Positions 17,637-27,844 of a DNA stretch of 30,381 bases are shown here, piece by piece (within the stretch, counting starts at the first letter, position 1; every line of letters starts with the position of its first letter). A program made the position numbers and the translations under genes. The DNA comes from Promethearchaeota archaeon (GTDB lineage Archaea > Asgardarchaeota > Lokiarchaeia > Sigyniarchaeales > SOKP01). The notes below the pieces were generated by a model that was given only the letters and a program-made list of their open reading frames with translations, was not told the origin of the DNA and searched no databases. The stretch lies in contig JBHLME010000050.1 in the NCBI GenBank assembly GCA_048938445.1, forward strand, positions 1-30,381, given 5' to 3'.

Positions 17637-18004
17637 TGCAAATCTTAATCCATAAAATCTACCATCTTTAGCATGGAATGATTGAAAATAACCGTCATGA
17701 GTAGATGATATATTATTTTGATTTTTTAAGATTATGTAAGTTACGTTCCATCTCCCCTAATCATTGTGAATATTTAATTTCACTTTTTTCGCGGGAAAAA
17801 AATGAAAAAATAGAATCTAATCTAAAGTACAATAGGAGAGATATCTTATATAATACAGTATTCAGTTTGAATTACGTGTCATTATAACAAACGATAAAAG
17901 GAAAGATATAGGTATTTAAATTAAAAAAATATCTGATTAAGGATTGTTTATATTAATATTAGAAATATAAATAGAAAATTAAGGTCTTCCATGTATTTAG
18001 GAAC

Positions 18005-18730
18005 TTACTCACTTTTTAGTTGTCTGCCAATGCCATAATACATGAGTAAAACCCATAGTATAACTGATAAGCTATAAACAGTATTTATTACTCTTATAAT
18101 GTAAATATTTAAAAGATTGGCAATCATTATTCCATAAAGGAGAATTAACAATCCTATAACTCCTATTATATAATATAACCATTTTTTCTTTAACATTTCA
18201 TTTGTAAAATTTCTATATATTTTAAATGATGTATAAAGGATGGGGATTACCCCTATACCTGTAACCACGCACACCACATAAAGAAAGAAAAACCATGTCC
18301 AAATAGGATATCCTTCAGAAATGAATTCACGGTTAACGGATATGCCATTAAGAGGAATGAAAAGTGCCATGCAACCTAATAAAATTCCATAAAAAATTAT
18401 TATCAAATTTTGTTTTGTAGCAGTGAATGCTGTTGTTGAAGAGAGTATTATTAAATTAGAGACTAAAATAAAGATTATTCCAAAAAATATGAAAAAAAGC
18501 GTGAGAACATGAAGGACTATTATGAGAAGCTCAAAATATAAAACTTCTAATGGAGCATAAAACATGTTTATAATATTTCCAAAAGCTGTAGATATATATA
18601 AAGCGCTAAAGATCTTGCTTATTCGTTGTTTGGAACGTTTAAGAATTTTATATGCTAGATAGAGAAAAAAAACTACAACGATTGGCAGTGAAATATATAC
18701 AATTATAAGTCTAATAGTGGGTGGTGCCAT
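18005..18730 (-). CDS. Multi-pass membrane protein (6-7 TM, 7TM sensor-like)
   Basis: 241 aa with regular hydrophobic helices and basic loops; no soluble output domain. Confidence 0.75.
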   Translation of the reverse strand: MAPPTIRLIIVYISLPIVVVFFLYLAYKILKRSKQRISKIFSALYISTAFGNIINMFYAPLEVLYFELLIIVLHVLTLFFIFFGIIFILVSNLIILSSTTAFTATKQNLIIIFYGILLGCMALFIPLNGISVNREFISEGYPIWTWFFFLYVVCVVTGIGVIPILYTSFKIYRNFTNEMLKKKWLYYIIGVIGLLILLYGIMIANLLNIYIIRVINTVYSLSVILWVLLMYYGIGRQLKSE

Positions 18731-18892
18731 AAATTATACAACTTTAATTAAATTTAGTTATAATAATCCTTTATGTACTTTTATTTAAATTTATTTGTGA
18801 TAAATTGTATTTAGGACAAGTAATAGATTAGATTTTATTGTCGTATTGATAATAGGAACAAAGTTGAATATTAGACTAATTTCTAATAGAAA

Positions 18893-19357
18893 TTATTTTC
18901 CAAAAAACATTGTTGAAACTTTTTCATCGAGAGATTTTGCATCAGTGCCAAGAATTTTATCAAGTTCTTTTTTGAAAGAATTAAATTGTGAAGTTTCATT
19001 TAGATCTCGACCATTATATAATGAAATAAACTTTTTTAATACCTCTTGAAGTATTGGTAAAATCCGATTTCTTATTGATTTATCTACATTTCTTTCCTGA
19101 TCTAGTATAGTGTATGCAATCAATAATTCCTTATCTTTTGTGCGTTTTGAAAGAATAAAATCTTTTTGAAAAACAAATATATATTTCTCACTTTCAAAAT
19201 AATCAACGGGAGAAATTAATTTTTCAGCAAATCCTAAAATACTTGAAATAAACGCACTCCGAGTAATCAAGCTGGACTCCTCACTAGAAACTTTATTGTA
19301 GGGCTGATAAAAAATCGGCATTCCATATAATAATAAACCTATTTCTCGTATGACCAT
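18893..19357 (-). CDS. Longin-like domain protein
   Basis: I.EIGL...G.PIF...Y, SAFISSILGFAEKL, beta-rich middle, L.EVLKKF...Y, F..F...LDKIL; pattern recognised by eye. Confidence 0.6.
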   Translation of the reverse strand: MVIREIGLLLYGMPIFYQPYNKVSSEESSLITRSAFISSILGFAEKLISPVDYFESEKYIFVFQKDFILSKRTKDKELLIAYTILDQERNVDKSIRNRILPILQEVLKKFISLYNGRDLNETSQFNSFKKELDKILGTDAKSLDEKVSTMFFGK

Positions 19358-19570
19358 TTTCAAAAAACAAATTCGTTTTCAATTAAAAAGTAAAAAGAGT
19401 ATTCTTATTACTATTCTAAATTTAATATCTAAATTTAATATATGGTTTTGTCTTTTTAATTTTAGCGATTGAATTAAATTTTTACCGTAAAACTATTAAT
19501 TCACAAGTGAATTTATTAATAAATATAGCTTATCAATCGATTTAATTCATTATAAAGTAGGATAAAATAA

Positions 19571-20719
19571 ATGCAAGTCACACGATCAGAGGATATATTA
19601 ATATTTTTTGGATTGACTCCGAATAAAATTAAGAAGTTGAGTCCAATTAGTGATACATTAGCGAAATTCATGACTCAAAAACAATCTATAGATCCATCTG
19701 ATCGATTTAATTTTATAGCATTTCAAGAGATGGCTCCGAGTTATTTAGACCATTTTACACTAGATCCTACTATTGTACTGAACACTTTAAAGTCTATGGA
19801 AAAAGAACTTACAAGAGCTAATCTTGCTGGAGGCATTTTTGTTGCAATTACTTTTATCATCGAAGTGTATAAAACGATATCTCAAAAAAATTTTAGATTG
19901 ATAATATTATGTGATGATGGTTCTTATAAGATACCCTCTCAATATCTTCCAGTTTTACAGAATTTAATAGATAAAGTAAAGAACATACCCTTTTTTATTG
20001 ATATAATCCATATCAATGGGTATGATCTCGAAGAAAGCAAGAAGTTAGCAAGTTTAGCTGCAAGTACAAAAGGTAAATATTTTGAAATTAGTAAGTTGAA
20101 AGATTTGGAATCAATTTTATTAACACTTACCGAAAAAAAATACATTAGAGTCGAACCTTCTTATGCCAAAAAGGAGCCGTTAATTTTAAAAGAAAATCAA
20201 CCCTTTTACATTAACTTAGCAGATGATCCTATACCAATCAACACTCTTGAAACTTGTGCTATCTGTTTTAAGAAAAGTGAGCGTGGAGTAGTGCAATGTC
20301 CCAAATGTGAAACAAAGACCCATAAATCTTGTTGGGCCCAATGGGCTAAAACTTCTCATATTGGAATACCACATGTTTTTAGATGCCATATATGCTATAA
20401 TATTTTAAAACTTGATGAGAAATATGTCGATGACGTGCAATCTGGGGTCATCCCTACTGAAGAGCAATTACAAGAAATTGAAAAACGTGATATTGTAAAA
20501 TACATGAAAGATTTAGAAACAAAAGAAAAACCAAAAATGGTTCATGTTGAGGATCCAATGGCGATAATGTCTGAAAAAATGGATGAAATAAGACAAAATA
20601 AAACAGATAAGAAAAGAAAAAAAAAATCAAATATAAAGGTAGTTATATGCCCCATATGCAGCAATATAACTACCAATCTTAGGCAAAAATGTCCAACTTG
20701 TGGATATCAATTATTATAA
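19571..20719 (+). CDS. vWA-domain protein with C4HC3 (RING-variant/PHD-like) finger and C-terminal zinc ribbon
   Basis: vWA-like elements (DRFNFIAF, NLAGGIFVA, RLIILCDDG, FIDIIHI, LAASTKGKYF); CAIC-x11-CPKC-x4-H-x2-C-x17-CHIC; CPIC-x10-CPTC. Confidence 0.75.
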   Translation: MQVTRSEDILIFFGLTPNKIKKLSPISDTLAKFMTQKQSIDPSDRFNFIAFQEMAPSYLDHFTLDPTIVLNTLKSMEKELTRANLAGGIFVAITFIIEVYKTISQKNFRLIILCDDGSYKIPSQYLPVLQNLIDKVKNIPFFIDIIHINGYDLEESKKLASLAASTKGKYFEISKLKDLESILLTLTEKKYIRVEPSYAKKEPLILKENQPFYINLADDPIPINTLETCAICFKKSERGVVQCPKCETKTHKSCWAQWAKTSHIGIPHVFRCHICYNILKLDEKYVDDVQSGVIPTEEQLQEIEKRDIVKYMKDLETKEKPKMVHVEDPMAIMSEKMDEIRQNKTDKKRKKKSNIKVVICPICSNITTNLRQKCPTCGYQLL

Positions 20720-22069
20720 ATTTAATCTTCCTATAGCCCTAAATGGTAAAGCTTGATTAAATTTGTCGTAATCATACAAGCGTCTTCCATCTACCAGATT
20801 TGGTATTTTCATGTTCTTTTTAAAATCATCTGGTGAAAGATCTTTAAACTCATCCCATTCGGTAATTATAAATGCACATTCAGAATCTTTTAAAGCTTCT
20901 TCAATTGAATTAGCATATGTAATTTTTTCACCCATTTCAATTCTTGCCGTTTCATTCGCTTTAGGATCGAATCCTACGATATCTTTAACTCCTCGCTTTA
21001 ATAATTCATCTACAACTCTAATGCTCGCAGCTTCTCGCATGTCATCGGTTCCTGGCTTGAATGCAAGTCCAAGTAACGTAACTCGCTTTCCTGCTAATTT
21101 TCCTACTAATTCTTCAGCAATATCAACAATATGAATTGCTTGATCATCGTTAATACCAAGGACCGCTTCTAATAATCGTGAAGTATAATTTTTTGATTTT
21201 GACCATGCTTTTATTGCATTAACATCCTTATGAAAACAAGAACCACCAAAACCTACTCCTGCCCCTAAAAATCTATGATTTATTCTATAATCTAATCCGA
21301 CACCTTTCATAACTTGGACCACATCTACATTTGGGACCAATTCTGCAAAGTTGGCAAATTCATTTGCAAAACTAATTTTAGTAGAGAGGAGGCAATTGTT
21401 ACCATATTTTACCAATTCAGCGCTTTCAAGATTCATGCGCATGATGGGACATTTTTTTAAATGATCTCCATAAAAATACTCATAAAATTCTTGTAACATT
21501 GCGCCGCTTCTTTCATCAATTTCTCCTATGATAATTCTATCGGGATAAAGAGTGTCTTCAATAGAACGTCCCTCTGCTAGAAACTCGGGTTGCATGCATA
21601 ATCCAAAATCCTTACCTGGAATTTTACCTGAGACTTCTGTTATGATTTTACCAACCATGTTCCTTGCAGTTCCAGGAACGACCGTGGATCTTACAACCAC
21701 TAAATGATACTTGTCTTTGTTTTTTAAAGCTTCACCAATTTCTCTTGCGGTATTTTCTATATAGCTAAGATCAATACTCTTATCCTCACGCATTGGAGTT
21801 CCTTGAGTAATCATTGAAATATCGGTATCTGTAATTGCTTTCACAGGATCAGTTAAGCACTGAAGTAAATCTGGATTTTTTTTTTTAATTTCATCCAAAA
21901 TATCCTGTAAATTTGCCTCATAAAATGGTGCTATTCCATCATTTATCATTTTTGCTTTTTTTTCGTTATGAGTAGAAGCCAATACTTTTATATCTTTTTG
22001 AGCAAAACAAGCAGCGCTGCATAATCCTATAAATCCAGTTCCTAAAATTGATACGCTATATTTATACAT
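20714..22069 (-). CDS. ugd: UDP-glucose/GDP-mannose dehydrogenase family protein
   Basis: GTGFIG, RSTVVPGT, PEFLAEG, AELVKY..N, GFGGSCF.KD, GLAFKPGTDDMRE, DGR. Confidence 0.92.
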   Translation of the reverse strand: MYKYSVSILGTGFIGLCSAACFAQKDIKVLASTHNEKKAKMINDGIAPFYEANLQDILDEIKKKNPDLLQCLTDPVKAITDTDISMITQGTPMREDKSIDLSYIENTAREIGEALKNKDKYHLVVVRSTVVPGTARNMVGKIITEVSGKIPGKDFGLCMQPEFLAEGRSIEDTLYPDRIIIGEIDERSGAMLQEFYEYFYGDHLKKCPIMRMNLESAELVKYGNNCLLSTKISFANEFANFAELVPNVDVVQVMKGVGLDYRINHRFLGAGVGFGGSCFHKDVNAIKAWSKSKNYTSRLLEAVLGINDDQAIHIVDIAEELVGKLAGKRVTLLGLAFKPGTDDMREAASIRVVDELLKRGVKDIVGFDPKANETARIEMGEKITYANSIEEALKDSECAFIITEWDEFKDLSPDDFKKNMKIPNLVDGRRLYDYDKFNQALPFRAIGRLNL

Positions 22070-22183
22070 GATAATCTTCTTATCTATCTATTTTTTTATA
22101 AATATATTCAATTTAAGGTACTTATTTAAATTTATAGATTGAAAATAAGGAAAAAAGATAAAAAATAAAAAAATATAGAATAT

Positions 22184-24178
22184 TTATTCTTTAAGTGCCC
22201 AACTTATAATTTCATTGAGTTGGAAATTAGCGAAATGGTTCTGAACCATTGCTCCGGAAGGACAAGCTGAAACACAGGTTCCACATCCTTTGCATAGTAC
22301 AGGATTGACAACAGCAACCTTTTTAAACTCATCAAAGTCAATAGCTCCAAAAGGGCATAAACTTTGACATGACCTGCATCCTGAACATTCATGTTCTAAT
22401 ACAACAGAATAATAAGGTTCGATCTCAACTTCTCCTTTTGCCATTAATGTTGCAGCACTTGAAGCAGCACCCTTTGCTTGAGAAACGGTATCTGGAATAT
22501 CTTTTGGACCTTGGGCGACTCCTGCAACAAAAATACCATTCGTTAATGTATCAACAGGCCTTAATTTTGGATGTGCTTCCATAAAAAATCCATCAGAAGA
22601 ACGCTGTACGCTTAATAGGGATGCTACTTTATCTGCGTCGGATTTTGCTTCTAATCCTGTAGAAAGCACGAATAGTTCTACTTTAAGTTCAATTGGGGTT
22701 TGAAGTAATGTATCTTCTGCTCTAATAATGATATCATGATTTTCATCTTCGGTTACTTCCGCAATTCTCCCCCTTACATACGTTATACCATATTCTCGAG
22801 CTGCTGACTCATAAAATTCCTCATATCCCTTTCCAAATGCTCTTATGTCCATGTAAAAAATGTAAATCTCTGCTTCAGGATGTTTCTCTTTATATTGTCG
22901 TGCTTGTTTAGTAGCATACATGCAGCACACTCTCGAGCAGTATTGATTGCATCCATCTTTAAACATTCTACTTCCAACACATTGAAGAAATGCGACACTG
23001 TGAGGAGCTTTCAAGTCAGAAGGTCGAGCAGGTTTTCCTTCCAATGGTCCTGTAGAGCTTAATAACCTTTCCATTTGCAGGCCATTTATCACGTTCGGAT
23101 ACCTTCCGAAACCATATTGCTTTAATTCAGTAGCGTCATATAAGTCCCAACCCGTTGCAATAATTATGGTACCTACTTTTACTTTTATATATTCTGGTTT
23201 ATCGTCATAATTAATTGCTCCAGGTTCACAAACATCATTTCGAGCACAAAGTCCGCACTGAATGCATTTTTCCATATCAATGGTATATTGTCCAGGAACA
23301 GCTTGAGGAAACGGAATGTAAACGGCTTTACGAGTTGCCAACCCTAGATCGAATTCATTTCCACAAGTTACCGGGCAGACTTCAGCACATGCTCCACATC
23401 CAGTACAAGTCTCCTGATTAATATAATGAGGTTTATGCATTATAGTAACTTCAAAATTACCAACATATCCACTCACATCTACGACTTCAGAATAAGAATG
23501 AATTTTAATATTTTCATTTCTCGCGACATCAACCATACGTGGTGTAAGAATGCATGCACTACAATCCATGGTAGGAAAAGTTTTATCAAGTTGGGCCATA
23601 TGCCCTCCAATAGTAGGAGTCCTCTCTACTAAATGAACCTGATATCCTTCTGTACCTAAATCTAAAGCAGCATTCATTCCTGCTATACCTGCACCTATAA
23701 TTAAACAAGAAGGTTCAACGCTTACTTTTTGAACTTCTAATGGTAGCAATTTTCGAGCCTTTGCTACGGCCATTTTAATATGGTCTTTTGCAATCTCATA
23801 TGCACCCTCATGATCCCTCATATTGACCCATGTTGCATGTTCTCTGATATTTGCTTGTTCAAACAAGAATTGGTTTAAACCTGCTTCTTTACACACTAAT
23901 CTAAAGGTTGGTTCATGCATTCTTGGAGAACAAGCTGCTACAACCACTCGATTGATTAGTCCATCTTCTATATCTTTTTTGATTATTTCCTGCCCATTAT
24001 CAGAACAAAAAAACTTGTATTCTCTTGCCATGACAACATTAGGTAAAGTTTTAGCGTATTCAATCAAGTCTGGAACGGATACAACTCCACCTATATTAAT
24101 ACCACAGTGGCATACATATACACCTATTTTTGGTACTTCTCTGCCTGTAATTTGGATTTCATCTTTAGCTTCTGTCAT
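22184..24178 (-). CDS. hdrA: Heterodisulfide reductase subunit A (Cys form)
   Basis: GVYVCHCGINI, IIGAGIAG, QLDKTFPTMDCSACILTP, inserted ferredoxin domain, QCVGSR, YCSRVCC, GPKDIPD, C-terminal ferredoxin domain. Confidence 0.97.
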   Translation of the reverse strand: MTEAKDEIQITGREVPKIGVYVCHCGINIGGVVSVPDLIEYAKTLPNVVMAREYKFFCSDNGQEIIKKDIEDGLINRVVVAACSPRMHEPTFRLVCKEAGLNQFLFEQANIREHATWVNMRDHEGAYEIAKDHIKMAVAKARKLLPLEVQKVSVEPSCLIIGAGIAGMNAALDLGTEGYQVHLVERTPTIGGHMAQLDKTFPTMDCSACILTPRMVDVARNENIKIHSYSEVVDVSGYVGNFEVTIMHKPHYINQETCTGCGACAEVCPVTCGNEFDLGLATRKAVYIPFPQAVPGQYTIDMEKCIQCGLCARNDVCEPGAINYDDKPEYIKVKVGTIIIATGWDLYDATELKQYGFGRYPNVINGLQMERLLSSTGPLEGKPARPSDLKAPHSVAFLQCVGSRMFKDGCNQYCSRVCCMYATKQARQYKEKHPEAEIYIFYMDIRAFGKGYEEFYESAAREYGITYVRGRIAEVTEDENHDIIIRAEDTLLQTPIELKVELFVLSTGLEAKSDADKVASLLSVQRSSDGFFMEAHPKLRPVDTLTNGIFVAGVAQGPKDIPDTVSQAKGAASSAATLMAKGEVEIEPYYSVVLEHECSGCRSCQSLCPFGAIDFDEFKKVAVVNPVLCKGCGTCVSACPSGAMVQNHFANFQLNEIISWALKE

Positions 24179-24189
24179 TTTTTTCCCTC

Positions 24190-25143
24190 TTATTCTATTA
24201 ATTGTTCTTTAACTATTTCCATAAAGGGATCTATCGAGATAAAAGGAGGAACCCCTGCTAGTTCATGATTTTTTATTAACCCCAATTGATTGGGATCAAT
24301 ACCAAAGGATAGACCTAACAACTGTGTCAAGTAAATTACAGGTATCTTATATGGCTCTCCAATGAGGTCTTTATATATCCCATTAGCTTCCATCTGCCCC
24401 AAATCTAACTGTAAATGACAAAATGGACATACATCTATAATAATATCAGCGCCAGCATTTCTTATATTATCTAGTTTTTCCCTTGAAAAATCAGCAGAAA
24501 CTTCTTTTACAGCTGTTCTCACGGCTCCACCTGCCCCGCAACACATGAATTTATCTTTATAATTAATACTTTTTGCTCCAGTCAATTCAACTATTTCATC
24601 AAGAAATGTTGGGTTTTCATATTCACCATCCCAAGGACGTTTATCACTTGGTTTTAAGATATGACATCCATAATGTACTGCTACTTTTAAATCTTTAAAT
24701 TTATGTTTTATGTGATCTCTTAAATAATCAATACCCATATCCAAATATAATGCCTGAACTACATGTTTTGGTTCTAAATTACCTTTATATTTTCGTCCAA
24801 CCTTAGCTAAGTGCTCATTTACCATTTTTTTTAATTTTGGTTCATGTTCCATCTCAACCCAGGCGTCTCTTAAAGTTCCATAACATCCATTGCACCCAGT
24901 AAGAGGGCTAACACCCATCTCTTCTGCGATTGATATATTTCTTGCGGCAATAACAAGCCACGATGGGATATGGAAGGCTCTAAATACACCTGGAGCTGGA
25001 CAACAAGAAGCACCTTCTAACTCTAACAATTCCGCTCCTAAATGGTCAAATACAGCTCTAATTGATGCTTCAATCATGGGATATCTGTTTGGAGCAACAC
25101 ATCCTAGAAAAAAACCATATCTCCATTTTTTTTCTTCACTCAT
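24190..25143 (-). CDS. hdrB: Heterodisulfide reductase subunit B
   Basis: FLGC..PNRYP, GASCCPAPG, CNGCYGTL, HYGCH, CCGAGG, CPFCHLQLD.GQ. Confidence 0.95.
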   Translation of the reverse strand: MSEEKKWRYGFFLGCVAPNRYPMIEASIRAVFDHLGAELLELEGASCCPAPGVFRAFHIPSWLVIAARNISIAEEMGVSPLTGCNGCYGTLRDAWVEMEHEPKLKKMVNEHLAKVGRKYKGNLEPKHVVQALYLDMGIDYLRDHIKHKFKDLKVAVHYGCHILKPSDKRPWDGEYENPTFLDEIVELTGAKSINYKDKFMCCGAGGAVRTAVKEVSADFSREKLDNIRNAGADIIIDVCPFCHLQLDLGQMEANGIYKDLIGEPYKIPVIYLTQLLGLSFGIDPNQLGLIKNHELAGVPPFISIDPFMEIVKEQLIE

Positions 25144-25745
25144 TTCTTTTCCTCCTTGTTTTCTTCTTGTTTCGCTCTTTCTTCCTTTAATTTCGCAGCA
25201 TTGTCCATCAATTCAGTAAACCCGACAGATTTTAATAAATCTTGCACTTCCTTTACTGCTTCTGGATGACAGTGTACTGTGGGAGGTAATGGAGGTAATC
25301 CATATGATTCCCGTAAATCTTGCCATTTTTTATTAGCTTCTCCATCTGCAGGCACTCCATGTCCTGTTTTATAGAAAATATTATTGGCCAAACTAAAATG
25401 GGCATCTAATATATATCCTTCCTCAACTGCGATGTTTCGAAGCTTTATGATCATATCTGTTACTGGTATATTACGTGGACAACGTTCATAACAGTAATAA
25501 CAAGTAGAGCAGAGCCAGATGTCGATATCTGATAAAACAGATTCATCACCAGTAAGAGCCCTTCTTATTGCTGAACGAGTTCGATAAGCCGTTCTCCTCC
25601 CAGATGGACATCCTCCTGTACAAGTTCCACAATTGATACAAGCTCTCAATTGTTCAAGACCTGCATCCACGAATTTCTGCGCAATTTTAGAATTAATTCC
25701 CTTAAAAACCTTTCTCTTAATATATTTATCTACATTATCGCTCAT
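25140..25745 (-). CDS. hdrC: Heterodisulfide reductase subunit C
   Basis: CINCGTCTGGCPSGRRT, WLCSTCYYCYERCPR, TGHGVP, LPPTVH. Confidence 0.95.
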   Translation of the reverse strand: MSDNVDKYIKRKVFKGINSKIAQKFVDAGLEQLRACINCGTCTGGCPSGRRTAYRTRSAIRRALTGDESVLSDIDIWLCSTCYYCYERCPRNIPVTDMIIKLRNIAVEEGYILDAHFSLANNIFYKTGHGVPADGEANKKWQDLRESYGLPPLPPTVHCHPEAVKEVQDLLKSVGFTELMDNAAKLKEERAKQEENKEEKK

Positions 25746-26089
25746 GTTCTAATCATTTCTTTTTTTTGATTATTAAACTGCTTTTTTGGCAATTTAAACG
25801 AAAAGTTAGTCTTTAACTTTTTTTGTTTGATCAAACTTTAAAATAGATAATCTTACGTTGTAAAATCAAAAAACTAATAAAAAATTTGTTAAAATTTTTT
25901 AAAACTTGTTGTCCATTTTTAGTTAATTTTTATTTCTTAAACCTATAAAAATAAAGAAGTCTTGAATGTTTTTTTTCCTTTTTGGAAAACTTGGTGTTTG
26001 ATCTTTGTCGTTTTTTTTAAAATTTATAAATAATTTTTATAGAATTTGAAAAAGTATTGTAGATAATGATTAAAATGGAAAAAATTGAT

Positions 26090-27031
26090 TCAAATTAATT
26101 GTTTTTTTATTTTATTTAGAAATGGGTCAATAGATATGATAGGAGGCACTCCTTCTATATTAGGAGTTTTAGCCAATCCCAATCGAGATGGATTTATTCC
26201 CATCGCTAGTCCAAGTAATTGAGTTATGTAGATAACTGGAAGATTTAGTGGAGTATCAATTAATTCGGGATAAATATCATTTGCTTCCCGTTGACCTGCA
26301 TCTAGTTGAAAATGACAAAATGGACAACAATTGATAACAATATCTATGTGTGCTTCTCTCATATTTATTATTTTTTCACGTGTAAAGTCTGCTGAAACTT
26401 CTCTAATAGCTCCTCTAACTGCTCCTCCTGCACCACAACAAGCATATTTATCTTTATAATTAACGCTCTTAGCACCTGTTATTTCAACCATTTCATCTAG
26501 AAATGACGGATATTCGTATTCTCCATTCCAAGGGCGCTTGTCACTTGGTTTTACGATGTGACAACCATAATGAACCCCTACTTTTAGATCTTTGAACTTA
26601 TTCTTTATATGATCTTTAAGATATTCAATTCCAAGGTCTTGATATAAAACTTGAACAACGTGCTTTGGTTCTGAAGATCCTTTAAATTGGCGCCCCACTT
26701 GCTTAAGATATTCATTCACTTTTCTTTTTTCTTCTGGATTTTCATTGAGTTCACACCATACATCCCTTAAAGATCCAAAACATCCATTGCAACCTGTTAC
26801 AATATCTACACTCAATTCTTCTGCAATTGAAATATTTCTCGCTGCAAGAGCTTGCCAAGTTGGAATGTGAAATCCTCTAATTACACCAGGAGCAGGACAA
26901 CATGATGCACCCTGCATTTCCAGGAGTTCAATTCCAAGCTCTTCAAAAACCGATCTTATACTTCGTTCGATTTGGGGGTATCTATTTGGCATTATGCATC
27001 CTAAAAAAAATCCATATTTTAATGAATTCAT
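26090..27031 (-). CDS. hdrB: Heterodisulfide reductase subunit B (tandem paralog)
   Basis: Same motifs as 24190-25143; start moved to ATG 27031 after AAGGAGGG. Confidence 0.94.
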   Translation of the reverse strand: MNSLKYGFFLGCIMPNRYPQIERSIRSVFEELGIELLEMQGASCCPAPGVIRGFHIPTWQALAARNISIAEELSVDIVTGCNGCFGSLRDVWCELNENPEEKRKVNEYLKQVGRQFKGSSEPKHVVQVLYQDLGIEYLKDHIKNKFKDLKVGVHYGCHIVKPSDKRPWNGEYEYPSFLDEMVEITGAKSVNYKDKYACCGAGGAVRGAIREVSADFTREKIINMREAHIDIVINCCPFCHFQLDAGQREANDIYPELIDTPLNLPVIYITQLLGLAMGINPSRLGLAKTPNIEGVPPIISIDPFLNKIKKQLI

Positions 27032-27032
27032 T

Positions 27033-27617
27033 CTATTTTCCCTCCTTGTTATTATTTTTAGCAATGATGATCTTATCTAACAAGTTCCTAAATCCCGTAA
27101 CTTTCATCAAATTTTGGCATTCTTGTAGTGCCTCTGGATATGAATGAACTGTAGGAGGTAATGCAGGTAAATCTAAAGAAACACGAAGATCCCTATAATT
27201 TTGATGATTTTCGGCATTTACAGGTGCGGCATGCCCCGTGGCATATAAAAGCTTGTCCGCTAAGAAAAGATGGTTCCCTAAAATATTTCCATGTTCAACA
27301 GCAATATTTCTGAGCTTAATGATCATGTCAGTTACAGGAATGTTCCTGGGGCAGCGCTCATAGCAATAATAACATGTCGTGCATTCCCAAATGTCAATAT
27401 CTTGTAAAATTGAAATGTCTCCAATCAAAGCTCGACGAATAGCAGAACGCGTGCGATAAGCTGTTCGTCTCCCTGAAGGACAACCTCCTGTACAGGTACC
27501 ACAATTTATACAAGACCTTATTTGTTCCAAACCAGCTTCAACAAATAGCTGTGAGATTTTGGAATTAATATTTTTTATTGTCCCTCTCTTAATGTATTTC
27601 TTAACATTTTCATTCAT
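27033..27617 (-). CDS. hdrC: Heterodisulfide reductase subunit C (tandem paralog)
   Basis: CINCGTCTGGCPSGRRT, WECTTCYYCYERCPR, TGHAAP, LPPTVH. Confidence 0.94.
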   Translation of the reverse strand: MNENVKKYIKRGTIKNINSKISQLFVEAGLEQIRSCINCGTCTGGCPSGRRTAYRTRSAIRRALIGDISILQDIDIWECTTCYYCYERCPRNIPVTDMIIKLRNIAVEHGNILGNHLFLADKLLYATGHAAPVNAENHQNYRDLRVSLDLPALPPTVHSYPEALQECQNLMKVTGFRNLLDKIIIAKNNNKEGK

Positions 27618-27844
27618 CTTATCATTTCACTATCATGAAGATCTTATTGGATTATACTAAAATGTCATAATTGTTAATTTCATATAAGATTTATTAAATT
27701 TTAATTCCGTAAAATAAAGTACTGAAGATAAGCGCGGGAAATGAATGTGAAACATTATTGATTGAAATTATTTTGAAAGAAATTGCTAAGGGGAAGTAAT
27801 TTTCAAAATTATTACGTTATGAATGGGATGAATGAAAAAAAAGG

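Noticed and set aside
17705-17887. 60-aa plus-strand ORF
   Set aside because: No motif, and it overlaps the likely 5' region of the GNAT gene.
20811-27147. Short antisense or alternative-frame ORFs over ugd, hdrA, hdrB and hdrC
   Set aside because: Shadows of strongly supported genes.
27741-27835. Second SECIS candidate (ATGA words near a hairpin)
   Set aside because: No AUGA/GA quartet flanking the stem and no upstream gene with an in-frame TGA.
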